Below, in pieces: positions 26,920 through 39,364 of a stretch of 64,000 nucleotides of DNA (positions within the stretch are counted from its first letter, which is position 1; every line of letters begins with the position of its first letter). This stretch comes from Ruditapes philippinarum. Lineage: Eukaryota. The translations under genes were made by a program, and so were the position numbers. The notes beneath the pieces were generated by a model. That model was given only the letters and a program-made list of their open reading frames with translations, ran no database searches and had not been told where the DNA came from. The stretch is taken from NCBI RefSeq assembly GCF_026571515.1, contig NW_026852123.1, positions 372,001 to 436,000 of the forward strand. Direction: 5' to 3'.

Positions 26920-27744
26920 AAGCTTATAAACGGACCGCCTTATTCAGTATTTATTTATGGTACAGAATAGTATTTGGGAATTATTGGTGGTTTTTGTTTC
27001 CAGATGAGCCAAAATATTTAAAGAAAATCAATATTGAGAAAAATGTACTAAAATTTTAAGAAAGGTAAAAATCATTCAAGATCCAAGTTATGTTTTACAT
27101 GTTATGTGCGATTTACGACTTATTTTGCAGTATTTTATCACCATATTTCTACTGCGTTACTAACGCAGTAAGGGCTGTTTTTGCATATGTTGACCACGTT
27201 TTAGTAATTTTCTTGTATTGTAAGTGCCGATTAATTATTTTATTTCTTCATCTCACAATATATTACTTTTAAATCAATTTCTAAAATTTTCATGGAAATT
27301 AACATGAATATGGAGACGTGCTGCTTTAAACATAGATGTATTTATTTTGTTATTTTCACCATGACCGTTTAATGATCGTTTCCCTTGTTACAAGTATTGA
27401 TTATAGCATAGAAACAAAAGATAAACAATCCTGGGACATGAGAAAACAATTGCAGCGTTAGATGACATCACGTGATAACAGATTGTACTTATATTCCTGT
27501 ATTGGCAGCTTTTCGAACAATATACAAGGCATGAATATTTAACTTGAAGGCGGTTTAATTTACAACACCTGAATTATCTGGTTATTTCCGCCTCGCTCGG
27601 CGCCTGAATTCATTCGCTTCTTAGTTAACATCGCGCATGAATTAAATAAAATGAAAATGTTTACTTTTTTATGTTCTCTTTTGTTAAAGTTTTGTCACGT
27701 TGTACATTGTATCAATAAATATTTATTAAAAGAAAACAATGTGT

Positions 27745-28000
27745 GATGATATAACCAGATAGTTAACGCGTCGTACTGATAATCTAAAGATTGCTGGTCG
27801 CGTATGTTCAAACCCCGTAAGGGGCAAGCCGTCGTTTCCGTGAGCTAGAAACCTTACACTGATTGCTTAGTACTGGTTGGTTTCAGTATCGGATTCGAGA
27901 GTGTTTTAACAAGAAACTGTTTCATTGAACTGTGTTTCAATAATAACTATTTTAAGAAATAGCTTCCAACAATGTAAAATAAATAAGTATAAACTAAAAG
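27745..28000 (+). mobile_element. tRNA-derived SINE (family A)
   Basis: GTTAACGCG..., GTTCAAACCCC, TTGCTTAGTACTGGTTGGTTTCAG..CGGATTCGAGAGTG, AGCTTCCAACA. Confidence 0.7.
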
Positions 28001-28039
28001 AAAACAATCGACTAGAGTATAATTATTTCTTAAAAGGAC

Positions 28040-28140
28040 CGGTGGTTGCTCACTGCTGTGGGTTCGAGTTCCTTAGGGGACTTTGGATTATTTTTATGTA
28101 AGAATGCTTTCCACCAAGATCGTGGAAACTCGGTGATCCT
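28040..28140 (+). mobile_element. Fragment of a different tRNA-derived SINE head
   Basis: CTGTGGGTTCGAGTTCC B box followed by GGGACTTTGGATT. Confidence 0.4.
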
Positions 28141-28523
28141 TAACAAAGTTAATGAAAATTGATATACTGCAATTTCTTTAAAAAAGGACCAACTTTACTT
28201 TACCCGAAGTAGGGATTGCAGATTCCCATACATAGTTTATTTATTCTTTTATTACAATTAGACATATTCAGTAATAATTTCAAAAATTTCTATAAATTTT
28301 TCTGCCATTAAAATATTTTACTCAAGGATGAGCAAAGTACATGCATCTTTAAACAAATCCGTCAAAAAGGTTATATTTGAAACGCCACCAATATGTCTAT
28401 AAACATTACATATATATTTACAAAGAAAGTCTTTGGTTCAAAGAATGTCCATAAAAACATTGATTTAAAGGTAGAAAAACGTGCGTGGTTTCCTAGCAAC
28501 AGCGCATGTCCCTTGACAAAGTT

Positions 28524-31205
28524 CTAACGCTTCTCGAACGCTGAAAATATTTTCCCACATGCTAAACAGCACGGCTCCAGACAGCAGGCACATATCGTCT
28601 GATGACACTTCTTGAAAACCTCGCAGTTGATTTCCATCAACCGCAATGAAGGTGTTATAAACCAGATATGGTAGAAGGCAACTTCGGCGAACTCGCACGC
28701 CCATTCGGCGGCCAAGCAAATACCACAGCACAGTGTGCTGAGCTTGTAACACACGCCAAGCCAGAAGTTGAAGCACGAGAACGACAGCTTCCACACGCAG
28801 TCAATACTACGAACACCGTCAGGTTCCGCGAGAATATCTTCAAAGGCAACCTGTAAATGAAAGAGACCTTCTCTATTATATGTATTATCATAACACTTAA
28901 GTTGTTAAAGACAAGACATACAATTACAAAAAAAAAAACAAGTTGAACTCAGGATTTGCCCCTTTAACTTATTTTTTTTTTCGCACTTTATAAAATGTTT
29001 TCCAAATACTGCGTTTGCAGCGTTTGTTCCAATAGAATTTTTTTTAATTCCCTTGTAACAAAACATCGAAAACAAAGTGTGCTCTAGCTAGCTTGTTTTT
29101 TTTTTTTTCGACACCGTTAAAAATCCAAATCAAATCCATATTGTATCCCATCAAGCCTCGTTTTCGTTCTCCGGGTCTAAAAGATCCTTATAAAATCTAT
29201 ATAGTTCTCAAAGAACTAAAGTTCTGTGAAAATGTTAAAAATTGGTGGTGTGAAATGATGAAAACATTATACTAGTACATTGTTTAATACAAAACTGTTT
29301 CTATTGGACTCGTACACAGGTGCTAAAAATCTATATTGGACGTCGTACTTTAAAGGTTTGACGGCTGTTTTCTCGTCCAATTGAATTAAGTATTGAACTC
29401 AACAATGTATATTCATTTCACAATATTACAAATGTCGAATTAAATCGTATGTAGGTTGTTTATGGAAATAAAATGTATCTGTGTTCAACATCTTTTCCTT
29501 GTGTGTACATTGGTCAATATATTTTTAATGACATACAAAATATTCTTTATACACGTTGAATATTTTTAACTCAACTTTTTATCGTAATTGACTTCTTTGA
29601 AAGAGGCTGTTTTTATATTCGTTTTTTTTTCCTTTTTTATTAATAATTGTCCTGGATTCATACAAATAGACGGGTACACTAATCGATTAAAAACTCATCA
29701 TTGGTAAAAAGGTAAGAGAATTTCTACAAAGAGCGTATCCTAGTTATGTTTAAGTACAACATCCTGGAAATGTCGTCTGCATGAACAACGCTGAATATGT
29801 ATTGGAAAATCATTAACGAAAGAAAAAAATAAAGGCAAAAGATAATTAGTAGATGGGATGGGCAGTTATCCTTAGAATTGAACTTCCTGCAGTGGTAACT
29901 TCCCTTGTTCAGTACAAAACAGCTTCAAACTTTGCTTGATTAGCTTAGAAAGATATACTATTTCAATTTCATTGTATAGCAAGCTTCATTTAGGCACCGT
30001 TCGATTATCTCAATAGGTAGAGCGTTTGACTGTGAATCGGGCGATCCGGGTTCGATTCCCGGACGGTGCAGGTCACTTTCGTTGTGATTGATCATGAAAT
30101 CCTTTCTACGGTCATTCGCAATGTATATCTGCTCTGGCATGTAAAGAAGTTATCAGTTCTTTGCGAAAGTGAAGGCAACTAGTTCAGGAACGATGCGGTG
30201 GCTGAACTATGCTCTGGTTAATTCAATGTGTCTTTCTGCCACGATCGATCCGGAGTGAAAACTACCAACACCACCGCCAAGTACTTCATTCACAACTTAA
30301 TCGCAGTTGGGCTAGATTCTTGTGCCTGCTATAGGCTCAGTCGTGGCGAGTGTTCAACATAAATGAGAATTTGAATAGAAATGAATATACAAAATAGAAT
30401 ATGGATATTTAAATAAAAAACACAGAATTTGCTTTGTATGTATAAATAAATAGACAAGGAAAGCTAATAAACATGTACAAATGATAAAACAAGCACAGAA
30501 ATATGTATGTATGATAATCTAGACAAAACAAATTTAAAAATATGTATGTTTAATTGACTAGACTAAGCAAAGAGATATGAATATATCAGTGACTTGACGA
30601 GACAAACAAAGAAATGTGTATGTATAAATGACTTGATGGAACATGCACAGAAATATGTATGTATAAATGACTTGACGGGACAAGCACGTATGTATAAATG
30701 ACTTGACAAGACAAGCATAGAGATTTGTATGTATAAATGACTAGGCAAAACAAGCATAGAGATTTGTATTTATAAATGACTGGACAAAACAAGCATATAG
30801 ATTTGTATGTATAAATGACAAAAACAAGCATAGAGATTTGTATGTATAAATGACAAAAACAAGCATAGAGATTTGTATGTATAAATGACTAGACAAAACA
30901 AGCATAGATATTTGTACATGTATGTTTAAATGACAAGAACAAGCATAGAGATTTGTATGTATAAATGACTACACAAAACAAGCATAGAGATGTGTATGTA
31001 TAAATGACTAGACAAAACAAGCATAGAAATTTGTATGTATAAATGACTAGACAAAACAAGCATAGAGATTTATACATGACTTGAGAGAACAAACATAGAA
31101 ATATGTACATACATGTATATGTATAAATGACACAGGTAATATACAAACCTTTAAGTGGTCGTTCAGATTATTCGGATCTCTGTTCATTAAGTCAAGATCC
31201 GACAT
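28524..31205 (-). CDS. cav: Caveolin-like protein copy 6, 127 aa; exons 31205-31149 and 28850-28524
   Basis: Exon 1 MSDLDLMNRDPNNLNDHLK|GTTTGT. Acceptor tttacag. Exon 2 VAFEDILAEPDGVRSIDCVW...GKIFSAFEKR*. Confidence 0.92.
29994..30278 (+). mobile_element. tRNA-derived SINE (family B) with a tRNA-His(GTG)-like head, in the intron of copy 6
   Basis: Cloverleaf-like 29994-30070: GCACCGT/ACGGTGC stem, CTGTGAA loop, CCGGG-TTCGATT-CCCGG arm. Followed by a body shared with 538-760. Confidence 0.7.
30425..31132. repeat. 39-bp minisatellite abutting the exon-1 donor of copy 6
   Basis: Unit ATGACTAGACAAAACAAGCATAGAGATTTGTATGTATAA, roughly 18 copies, more degenerate toward the left. Confidence 0.9.
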
Positions 31206-31346
31206 TGTTGATTATAATCAAGTCCAACTATGAAATGAAATAAATACCAGAATTTTAACAAATCGTGAAAATCACTAATAAAAGCAGACGTACGTTGGCG
31301 ATATGAAGTTGACAATAAAATATAATATTTTTTGTGTTTGTACCCG

Positions 31347-31375
31347 GTTTCCACCGAGACTCGTAAATAATTGAT
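31347..31375. promoter_or_regulatory. 29-bp X-box-like + ATTGAT element upstream of copy 6
   Basis: GTTTCCACCGAGACTCGTAAATAATTGAT, 142 bp from the ATG. Confidence 0.6.
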
Positions 31376-32984
31376 CATTTTTATCGGATTCTCACAGGAC
31401 TTTAGATATTTCTAGAGGCATTGTCTTAACTATGCTAGATAATTAGTCTCTTATTCCCGATGGAATAGCAGACGACACTTTGAGGTGAAACTATATTTTT
31501 CGTAAAGTAAAAGAATTTGTACTTTCAGGTATGAATGAAAAATAAAGAAAATCAGAAATTTGTTTCATTTTTTTTTAATTAGAATACAACACTAAAAAGC
31601 AGTCAAGTTTGTTTGTGAATACACCTTATTTAAGCCTTTTTTCAAATTTGGTATACAATTGCTCATTACTTAATCATTTAATATTGATAGGAATTAGAGC
31701 TAACAGTACTTTCACAAGTTGGAATATAAGCGAAAGGTGCACATTTAAAAAATTTAAAAAAAAGTTCAAAGTTAAAAACCTATTTCAAAATTGCAAAACC
31801 ATTTTGTACTAGTAAAATTGGTTTATTTCAAATAGTGTTTTTTTGTGTGGTCTTTCTTTATATACGAAAGTAAAGTAGTATCCCACTTGTAAACATTTGT
31901 GCGTTTAAAGAAATTCTCGGTAATGTTTGATGTGATAGAAGAAGAAGATGGGGCAAACCATAATTATATCTAGTCATTGTTCATGTATATTGTATATTTA
32001 ATTATGTCATTAGTCATTTTAAGAAAGTCGTTGCCGTAAAATTTAGTAGTAGCTTACTCAAAACTAATTATATAGAATAAAATAGTTTAGAGTTGGAATT
32101 TACATGTAAAGTTCAAGAGTACAGTTTTTATTTTATTCTAGACAGCTTTTATATTTTATCCTAAACATTTTCAACTGTTGACCATAGCATGTCACTACGG
32201 GCACAGGTCAATCAAAAACGTAGAGCAATAAATTCATACTTTCTTTAAAAACGAAAATAGCCCTATATAAAAGATTTCCCAACGTGGTTGTTTTATTTAA
32301 TTCACTTTATTATTGGTGCACTTAACGACACATCACTTTTCATTGTAACATCGCAATGGATTATAAATTTGTCAAAATTTGTATAGAATTATTTCAAATC
32401 TATAGCATTTTCTTTTACTTTTGCACGTATTAGTTTTTCAATAAGATTGGCCTTAATTTTGAGCCGTAATTGAATGTAAAGGTGGTGCTGTTTGTGTGTT
32501 TATTTCTTGTACATAAATTAATACTAAACATTTTAAAGAATATATTCTCTAAACCTTAGGAACCAGTACATAAATTATAACTCTATGTTTAAAATATAGT
32601 CTCTAAACTACAAGAAACATTGAAAACCACTACGGAAGCAGTCATATGCATACGTTTACAATGTGGGCTTCATGAAAATGGCATCCATCCGATCAATGAA
32701 TAAATATGACTGGTCCTTCATGATTAAGCTGATGGTTTCACGTGCATCTTTTTGTATACCGTTCTTGAAACTCGTGAAACACGTGAAAATCGTGCAGTAT
32801 GAACATAAAATGAAGTACAAGTGAACTTCACACTCCTTCATTTTCCAACATTGTTGTCCTTTTATATGTACTCGCTCATAATTTAAACATTCATTTTTCA
32901 CATTTGTGGCATATTACCAAGTTTATCTAAATATGATTTGTCTTATAGTATATGATTGAACTTAAAAGTATTAATAATTGTTTG

Positions 32985-33066
32985 TACAGTCAAACCTGTA
33001 TAACAACGCCATTCAATTAAGATATCGAACATGGTCATAATAGACAAGTGGTCTTTATTTGGAGTT
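32985..33066 (+). mobile_element. Truncated Tc1/mariner-type MITE end
   Basis: TA-CAGTCAAACCTGTAT ... TAGACAAGTGGTCTTTAT. Confidence 0.35.
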
Positions 33067-35216
33067 ACCCTGGGGTAAGTATCTCACAGCTATCGTTATA
33101 TTTGCGTTTACGAACGTGCTAACGATTGACGGAGAGACGAGCGCGGGTATCTCGAAAGCGATATTTAAGCAATCGTTCGTTCCTTACTCGTTAGTTATTT
33201 CCAGTTCGTGAATAAATTATGTAATCATTTGAATGATTAAATTATGTAATCATTTGAATACCGCGAACAGTGTGTTGAAGAAGGCAGAAATGGCCATATA
33301 ACGAAACTAAACCAAGACGAATTGGAAATGCAGAAAGTTCCTATAAAACTGACGTGATTACTTTTGAAAGGGAAAAACTTAAAATAGAAACTGCAAAACT
33401 AGTAACAGTAGAAAAACGACTGTATATTGAACAGCAGAGACTGACGATTGTGCAGCAAAGGTTGCAAGTGGAAATCAGATATTTTAAACACTTTACTCAG
33501 TCAAAGCTAATATTCTTCTCAATACCCTCCCTCATTTTTTCAGGCTACAGCAACGTGTTGGTATACTTTCAAGATTCATACTTGAAAATGTTACTTTCAT
33601 GGACGAAATATTGAAATTGCAAATATCTAAATGAATGTAAATATCGAGCATTCAATCGTCATAGTAGTCTGTTTATTAAAACACATATAAGGACTCAAGT
33701 TAGTTCATAACTTTGCTTACAATGTAAACGCTTAATAAATGGATTATGTACTCGTGCATGTATATGCAAATGGTCTCACCATAAATAATCTAGAATTCTT
33801 TTTTCTAATGTAAGTTTTAAAAAAACGATCGTGATATACCAGTGACAATGATTACATGTATTACTATCATGATAATGATGATGATATGACGACGACAGCG
33901 ACAATGGGTTTAGTTTTAAAGATATATTAAGAAAATGTTTTTCGATTGAGGGAAATATGGACTATTTTCACGAAACATGATAAAATTCGATATATTTTCA
34001 CGAGCTGGAAATCTTACTTTTACTCTTTAAAAAGGAAGTTCCAAGCTTTATAAATTCGTTATAAATATTCCTGACAAGTTAATTGGTTGTAAATAAACGG
34101 TTTTATGCAATATAACCCTCGCCTGGCGGCTGAGTGATATTTACAAACAACCGTTTAAATAAGGCCGTGCAACCTGTCTTATATAAAACAAGAAGTATCT
34201 TGAAAAAAGATACTCGGCCGAAGTAAAACTGGTTAACATGCAAAATTATGTTATTTCTAAGTTTTTTAAACAAAAAGAAATACTTGCACAACAATGACAT
34301 AATAGTTATTTCTTGTAGTTTATGGAAATACCCATTTTGTAAGTATTGAAATTAAATTATAGCATATTTATATTGATAATTTTTCAAAGTAGGACAACTT
34401 CTATTTTAGGTGTCCCTTTAACTTGTTTTATGCTAGACTTTATGAATTTTGAAATCATTGACAATTTAACCAAAACGTTAAGAACTATCCTCATTCCTAT
34501 ACACTTTATTTTAGAACTATCCTTTACATTTTATTTCATAGTGGCAAAACTATCTCTTACATTTTATTTTAGAGCTATCCTTAAAATTTTATTTTAGAAT
34601 GGTTACATCTATCCTTTACGTTTTATTTAAAAATGACTAATGAGAATATGCCGATTTCAGTTTGTAGCAAGCTCGAAGAGCTGGCCCGAAAGGCCTGCTA
34701 GCAATGCGAGCTTTTCGGTAACGCGAGTACCAAGTGATGGTTTTGAAAACTTTCGTCCGAAGTACTGAATTGACAGATCGCAACTTTTCGAGTTACAAGA
34801 TAGCGATAAAAGCCGAGGTATTCTGATTAAAAACGGAAGCGTAGACTGGTGTCCTGTACACTCATATAGAACCATAATAGGACAGGGAATCAGAATAAAC
34901 GGAAGCAGTGTATAAAATACCGAATGACAATTTTAAAACGGAAAATGTAAAATAAAAATGAACGATACTATTAAAATATTATTTTATGGTAAAAGTTAAT
35001 CGAGCTCGCTTTGAGGCTATGCCTTTTTCATATTTACTCTAAACTGACCAATAATAATTCTTTTCATATTCAGTCCTTCCCTGTTTATTTTACAGGAAGT
35101 CAAACTAATAACAGACGGATTTCGTCCATTTTTTTAATGGCACTATGATGAATATGTGTATAGAACTTTAAACAGGACATATCTACTTTGTATCAAGTCA
35201 AAACAAATATTGACTT

Positions 35217-36533
35217 GAGTGACCTCCCCTGACAACATTGCAATTGGCATATGGGTTCAAAAAGGAGGTTACTGTTGCACTAAAAAAGAGTCAGTTAGAT
35301 TGACCTCCCCTGAAAGCATTGCAAATGGCGTAAGGGTTCAAAGGGAGGTTACTGTTGGGCTCCGAAAAGAGTCGCTTAGATTGACCTCCCTGAAAACATT
35401 GCAAATGGCGTAAGGGTTCAAAGGGAGGTAACTGTTGCGCTCCAAATAAAAAGAGTCGGTTAGAGTGACCTCCCCTGAAAACATTGCAAATGGCGTAAGG
35501 GTTCAAAAGGGAGGTAACTGTTGCGCTCAAAAAAGAGTCGGTTAGAGTGACCTCCCCTGAAAACATTGCAAATGGCGTAAAGGTTCAAAAGGGAGGTTAC
35601 TGTTGCGCTAAAAAAAGAGTCGGTTAGAGTGACCTCCCCTGAAAACATTGCAAATGGCGTAAGGGTTCAAAGGGAGGTAACTGTTGCGCTCCAAAAAAAG
35701 AGTTTGTTAGAGTGACCTCCCCTGAAAACATTGCAAATGGCGTAAAGGTTCTAAAGGGAGGTAACAGTTGCGATCAAAAAAGAGCAGTTAGGGTGACCTC
35801 CCCTGACAACATTGCTAATGGCGTAAGGGTTCAAAGGGAGCTAACTGTTGCGTTCCAAAAAAAAGACAGTTAGGGTGACCTCCCCTGACAACATTGCAAA
35901 TGGCGTAAGGGTTCAAAGGGAGGTAACTGTTGCGATCAAAAAAAAGCAGTTAGGGTGACCTCCCCTGATAACATTGCTAATGGCGTAAGGGTTCACAGGG
36001 AGGTAACTGTTGTGTTCCAAAAAAGAGACGCTTAGAGTGACCTCCTCTGAAAACATTGCAAATGGCGTAAGGGTTCAAAGGGAGGTAACTGTTGCGCTCC
36101 AAAAAAGAGTCCCTTAGAGTGCCCACCCTGAAAACATTGCAAATGACGTTAAGGTTCTAAAGGGTGGTAACTGTTGCACTAAAAAAATGTTGATTAGAGT
36201 GACTTCCCCTGAAACATTGCCAATTGCGTAAGGGTTCAAAGGGAGGTAACTGTTGCGCTAAAAAAAATATTGATTAGAGTAACCTCTCCTGATAACATTG
36301 CAAATGGCGTAAGAGTTCAAAGGGAGGTAAATGTTGGGCTCCAAAAAAAGTCGCTTATAGTGACCTCCCCTGAAAACATTGCAAATGGCGTAAAGGTTCT
36401 AAAGGGAGGTAACAGTTGCGCTCAAAAAAGAGTCAGTTAGAATGACCTCCCTTGAAAACATTGCAAATGTTTTCAGGGTTGAAAGGGAGGTTACTGTTGC
36501 GCTAAAAATAGTTGATTATAGAGTGACCTCCCT
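35217..36533. repeat. ~82-bp tandem satellite, about 16 copies
   Basis: Unit GAGTGACCTCCCCTGAAAACATTGCAAATGGCGTAAGGGTTCAAAGGGAGGTAACTGTTGCGCTC(A)nGAGTCGGTTA. Confidence 0.95.
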
Positions 36534-36689
36534 GATTAAATTGGAAATGGCGTTAGTGATTTTCGACCATGCGACCACATACACGCATCACAAGATTCCC
36601 CTTCTCTTACGAGAAAGGGACAAAGAGTTGTCCGCCCTTTTATTAAAGGGCAGACTTTAAAAATGCCTTTGCCTTATGTTATTGATAAG

Positions 36690-36990
36690 GAGGCTAATTT
36701 TCACAGATATGTCTTGAATTGGTTTATATACAACATTAGTAACGCAAACCAAGCGGGTTATCAGTTTACGTCTTTTTAAGTCCGCTATGAAATTTTAAAA
36801 AGATCATATATAACTTCTTGGAAAATTTTGAGTTTAAAGTTTTTTCTACTTCTCATTTTATGTATATAGCAGAATTATTATAATTTTGCAAAACATGAAC
36901 GTTTCAAAAACGTTTTATATGCGTTAAATATTGGAGATATATTTCACACTGTTTTCACATATTAACCTGGGGGCATTTTTGCCGAAGTAC
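36690..36990 (+). repeat. Dispersed repeat; inverted copy at about 63435-63675
   Basis: ACAGATATGTCT..TTGGTTTATATA..TAGTAACGCAAACCAA and ATTAACCTGGGG.CATTTTTG match the reverse complement of the distal locus. Confidence 0.7.
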
Positions 36991-39364
36991 TGTCCAAGGA
37001 CAATAACTTGAGCCTATGTTTACATAAAAATTAATAATAGGTAAAGCAGACTGAAGCCTAATAAATGAAACATAAAGTAAAACGTCATATTTCATGTGCC
37101 TTGATAGCGCAGTAGGCAGAGCGTCCTTGTCAGTGTTGTTTCGTGCATTTAGATTCTCGTATCATAGTTTGGTACCATTACATTTGAGTGTTTTATGCAT
37201 CTTTTTCTTATTTGACCAGTTTTGTTTCAAATAGTTACAAATGCATGAGATAAAATATTTTTGTACACAGGTTGATATGCAGTTGTGTTCTTAAAATGTT
37301 AAATAAAAATTTTAAAAAATCACTTGAAATGTAGTAAGTTTCTTAAGAGTGGAACAAATATGAAATAAAAATGAAACATATACAAAAATGTAATAGAAGA
37401 ACCAAATGCATGCATATTCAAATGATCATACAAAAGACAGACAAAGTGAAAAAGGGAGAAAAACAATACCAACAACAACATCATCATAGTAACATGGCAG
37501 ACCGATGGGTTCAAACATATAAGTGCAAATCATTAAAAGTTACTGTGAAATTTTCTATACGACGGTACACATTTTTTTAGAATTAAACTATATATAGTTG
37601 TTGATACTTTTAATCTCAAATAATATGCAGACTTACCCTTTATTTGAATTTTCCAAGACCAAATTATCATCACAGGACAATTAATATGGACAATACACAT
37701 TTAATTTCTATATTCGACTTATTCTACTTGAAAAAGAAAAGGTAATGTGATGGGCTGCAAGAAGAAAAAGAGATTAAACTTGAGCAGCACGCAAATATGA
37801 GGTAAGACTACATATTTTTGTTTGCATGTCTTATCATACCTGCTGAATTTGATCGTTACAAAAGTATGAAGTAGGATCATGAAGTCACGCAAACCTTCAT
37901 CCGTGTGACGTGAATTAACGATCTTCTCGGGAAAATTCCTTATCAAAAGAGATACCTTATTTTCAGCTACATCTACCCTTCATATCGTAACCTAACGCAA
38001 AACATATACAATTTATGACAGAGCTTTATTAGACACCGCGTGCACGTCTAGTAGATATGCATTCGTTCAGTCAGCAATGGGGAAAATTTAAGTCTTGTTT
38101 TTGTTTATTTATTTTTTGTTCTAACAAAATTACACAGTTTTCAGATTTCGGATAAAAATAGCTTTTCTGATGATCAACATGTCCCCGAGGGTCATGGAAT
38201 TAAATAAACGTTAAACAAAAGTGACACTTCCATGGTTAAATATCACATTCTTTTTATTTTTATATATTTTTTTTATAATTTACCAATAAAATAACATGCC
38301 AATGAGCCAGTCTATATTCTAAAGCAGGAAATTATCGAGCGGAATATCCTCGGCTATTGTCAATATCAACAGAAAGGGCCGAAAAGTTGCGGTTGAAGAA
38401 ATAAGGTATAATCAGCGTATTCCTTCAATTACCGTAATGCATTTTCAATCTTTATTTAGTGGTCATTGTATCGACGATATATAGAATATGTTTTAGAACA
38501 AACACGAATATATATACATTTTGAAAATAATAAAAAGTGGTTGAATTGAAAATCTTAAATTTAGTATACAATCATTTAATTATGCCTCCGTCTATGGAAA
38601 GCCATGCGTGTGCAGGCTGATCTGGATCTGCATTGGTCGCATATGCGTTAAAACACATATTCATGGGGTAAAGGGTTAAAGTATGGAAAACCATGGCTGT
38701 CTGATATTGTTCTTTTTCAATTTATTTAACCATTTGGATAGTACCTTCTTATTTAACAGGAATCCATTATAATATTAATCCACAGTTACAATATATGAAA
38801 CCATACTGTCAGTGTTTGAAACCGAGTTAGCAATATATAAATTGATTTTCTCAATATACGATTCCAATTCTTCAATATATTCTACCACTAGATATCCTTT
38901 ATATATCAATATATTAAATCATTTTTACAATATATGAAACCATTTTATCAATGCATTTAACTAAGGTAGCAATGTATGGAACCAGGTGTCCTTATATGAA
39001 ACCAAATTATCAATATACTAATTCATTTTTGCAATATATGAAACGATTTCATTCATGTATTGAACCAAAGTGGAAAATTCAACAGCGATCTCATAATGAG
39101 GAAATATACTTATAAGGCTAACTAATAAACAACTTGGCAATTCTTAATAAGTTGAGGCAGTCGTGTACAGGACACAGTCCAAAAGGATGCCTTTCTAAAC
39201 ATTGTTTGCGATATTCGTGTTGTGACATTAAAATGGAACACATTTTATCTGAAACGTTATATATCTAGCATCATTTCAACTCTTAAAACCCTGGAAAACA
39301 AAGAGATTGGCCTTTTCCATCAGTAATGTTGTAAACCAGTTTATTACAAGCTTTTCGGTAGTTT

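Noticed and set aside
29994-30070. Functional tRNA-His gene
   Set aside because: 5-nt insertion before the D arm, mismatched D and anticodon stems, and a continuous repeat body shared with another locus indicate a SINE.
35217-36533. CRISPR-like array of hairpin repeats
   Set aside because: Whole units repeat with no unique spacers, there are no cas genes, and the context is eukaryotic.
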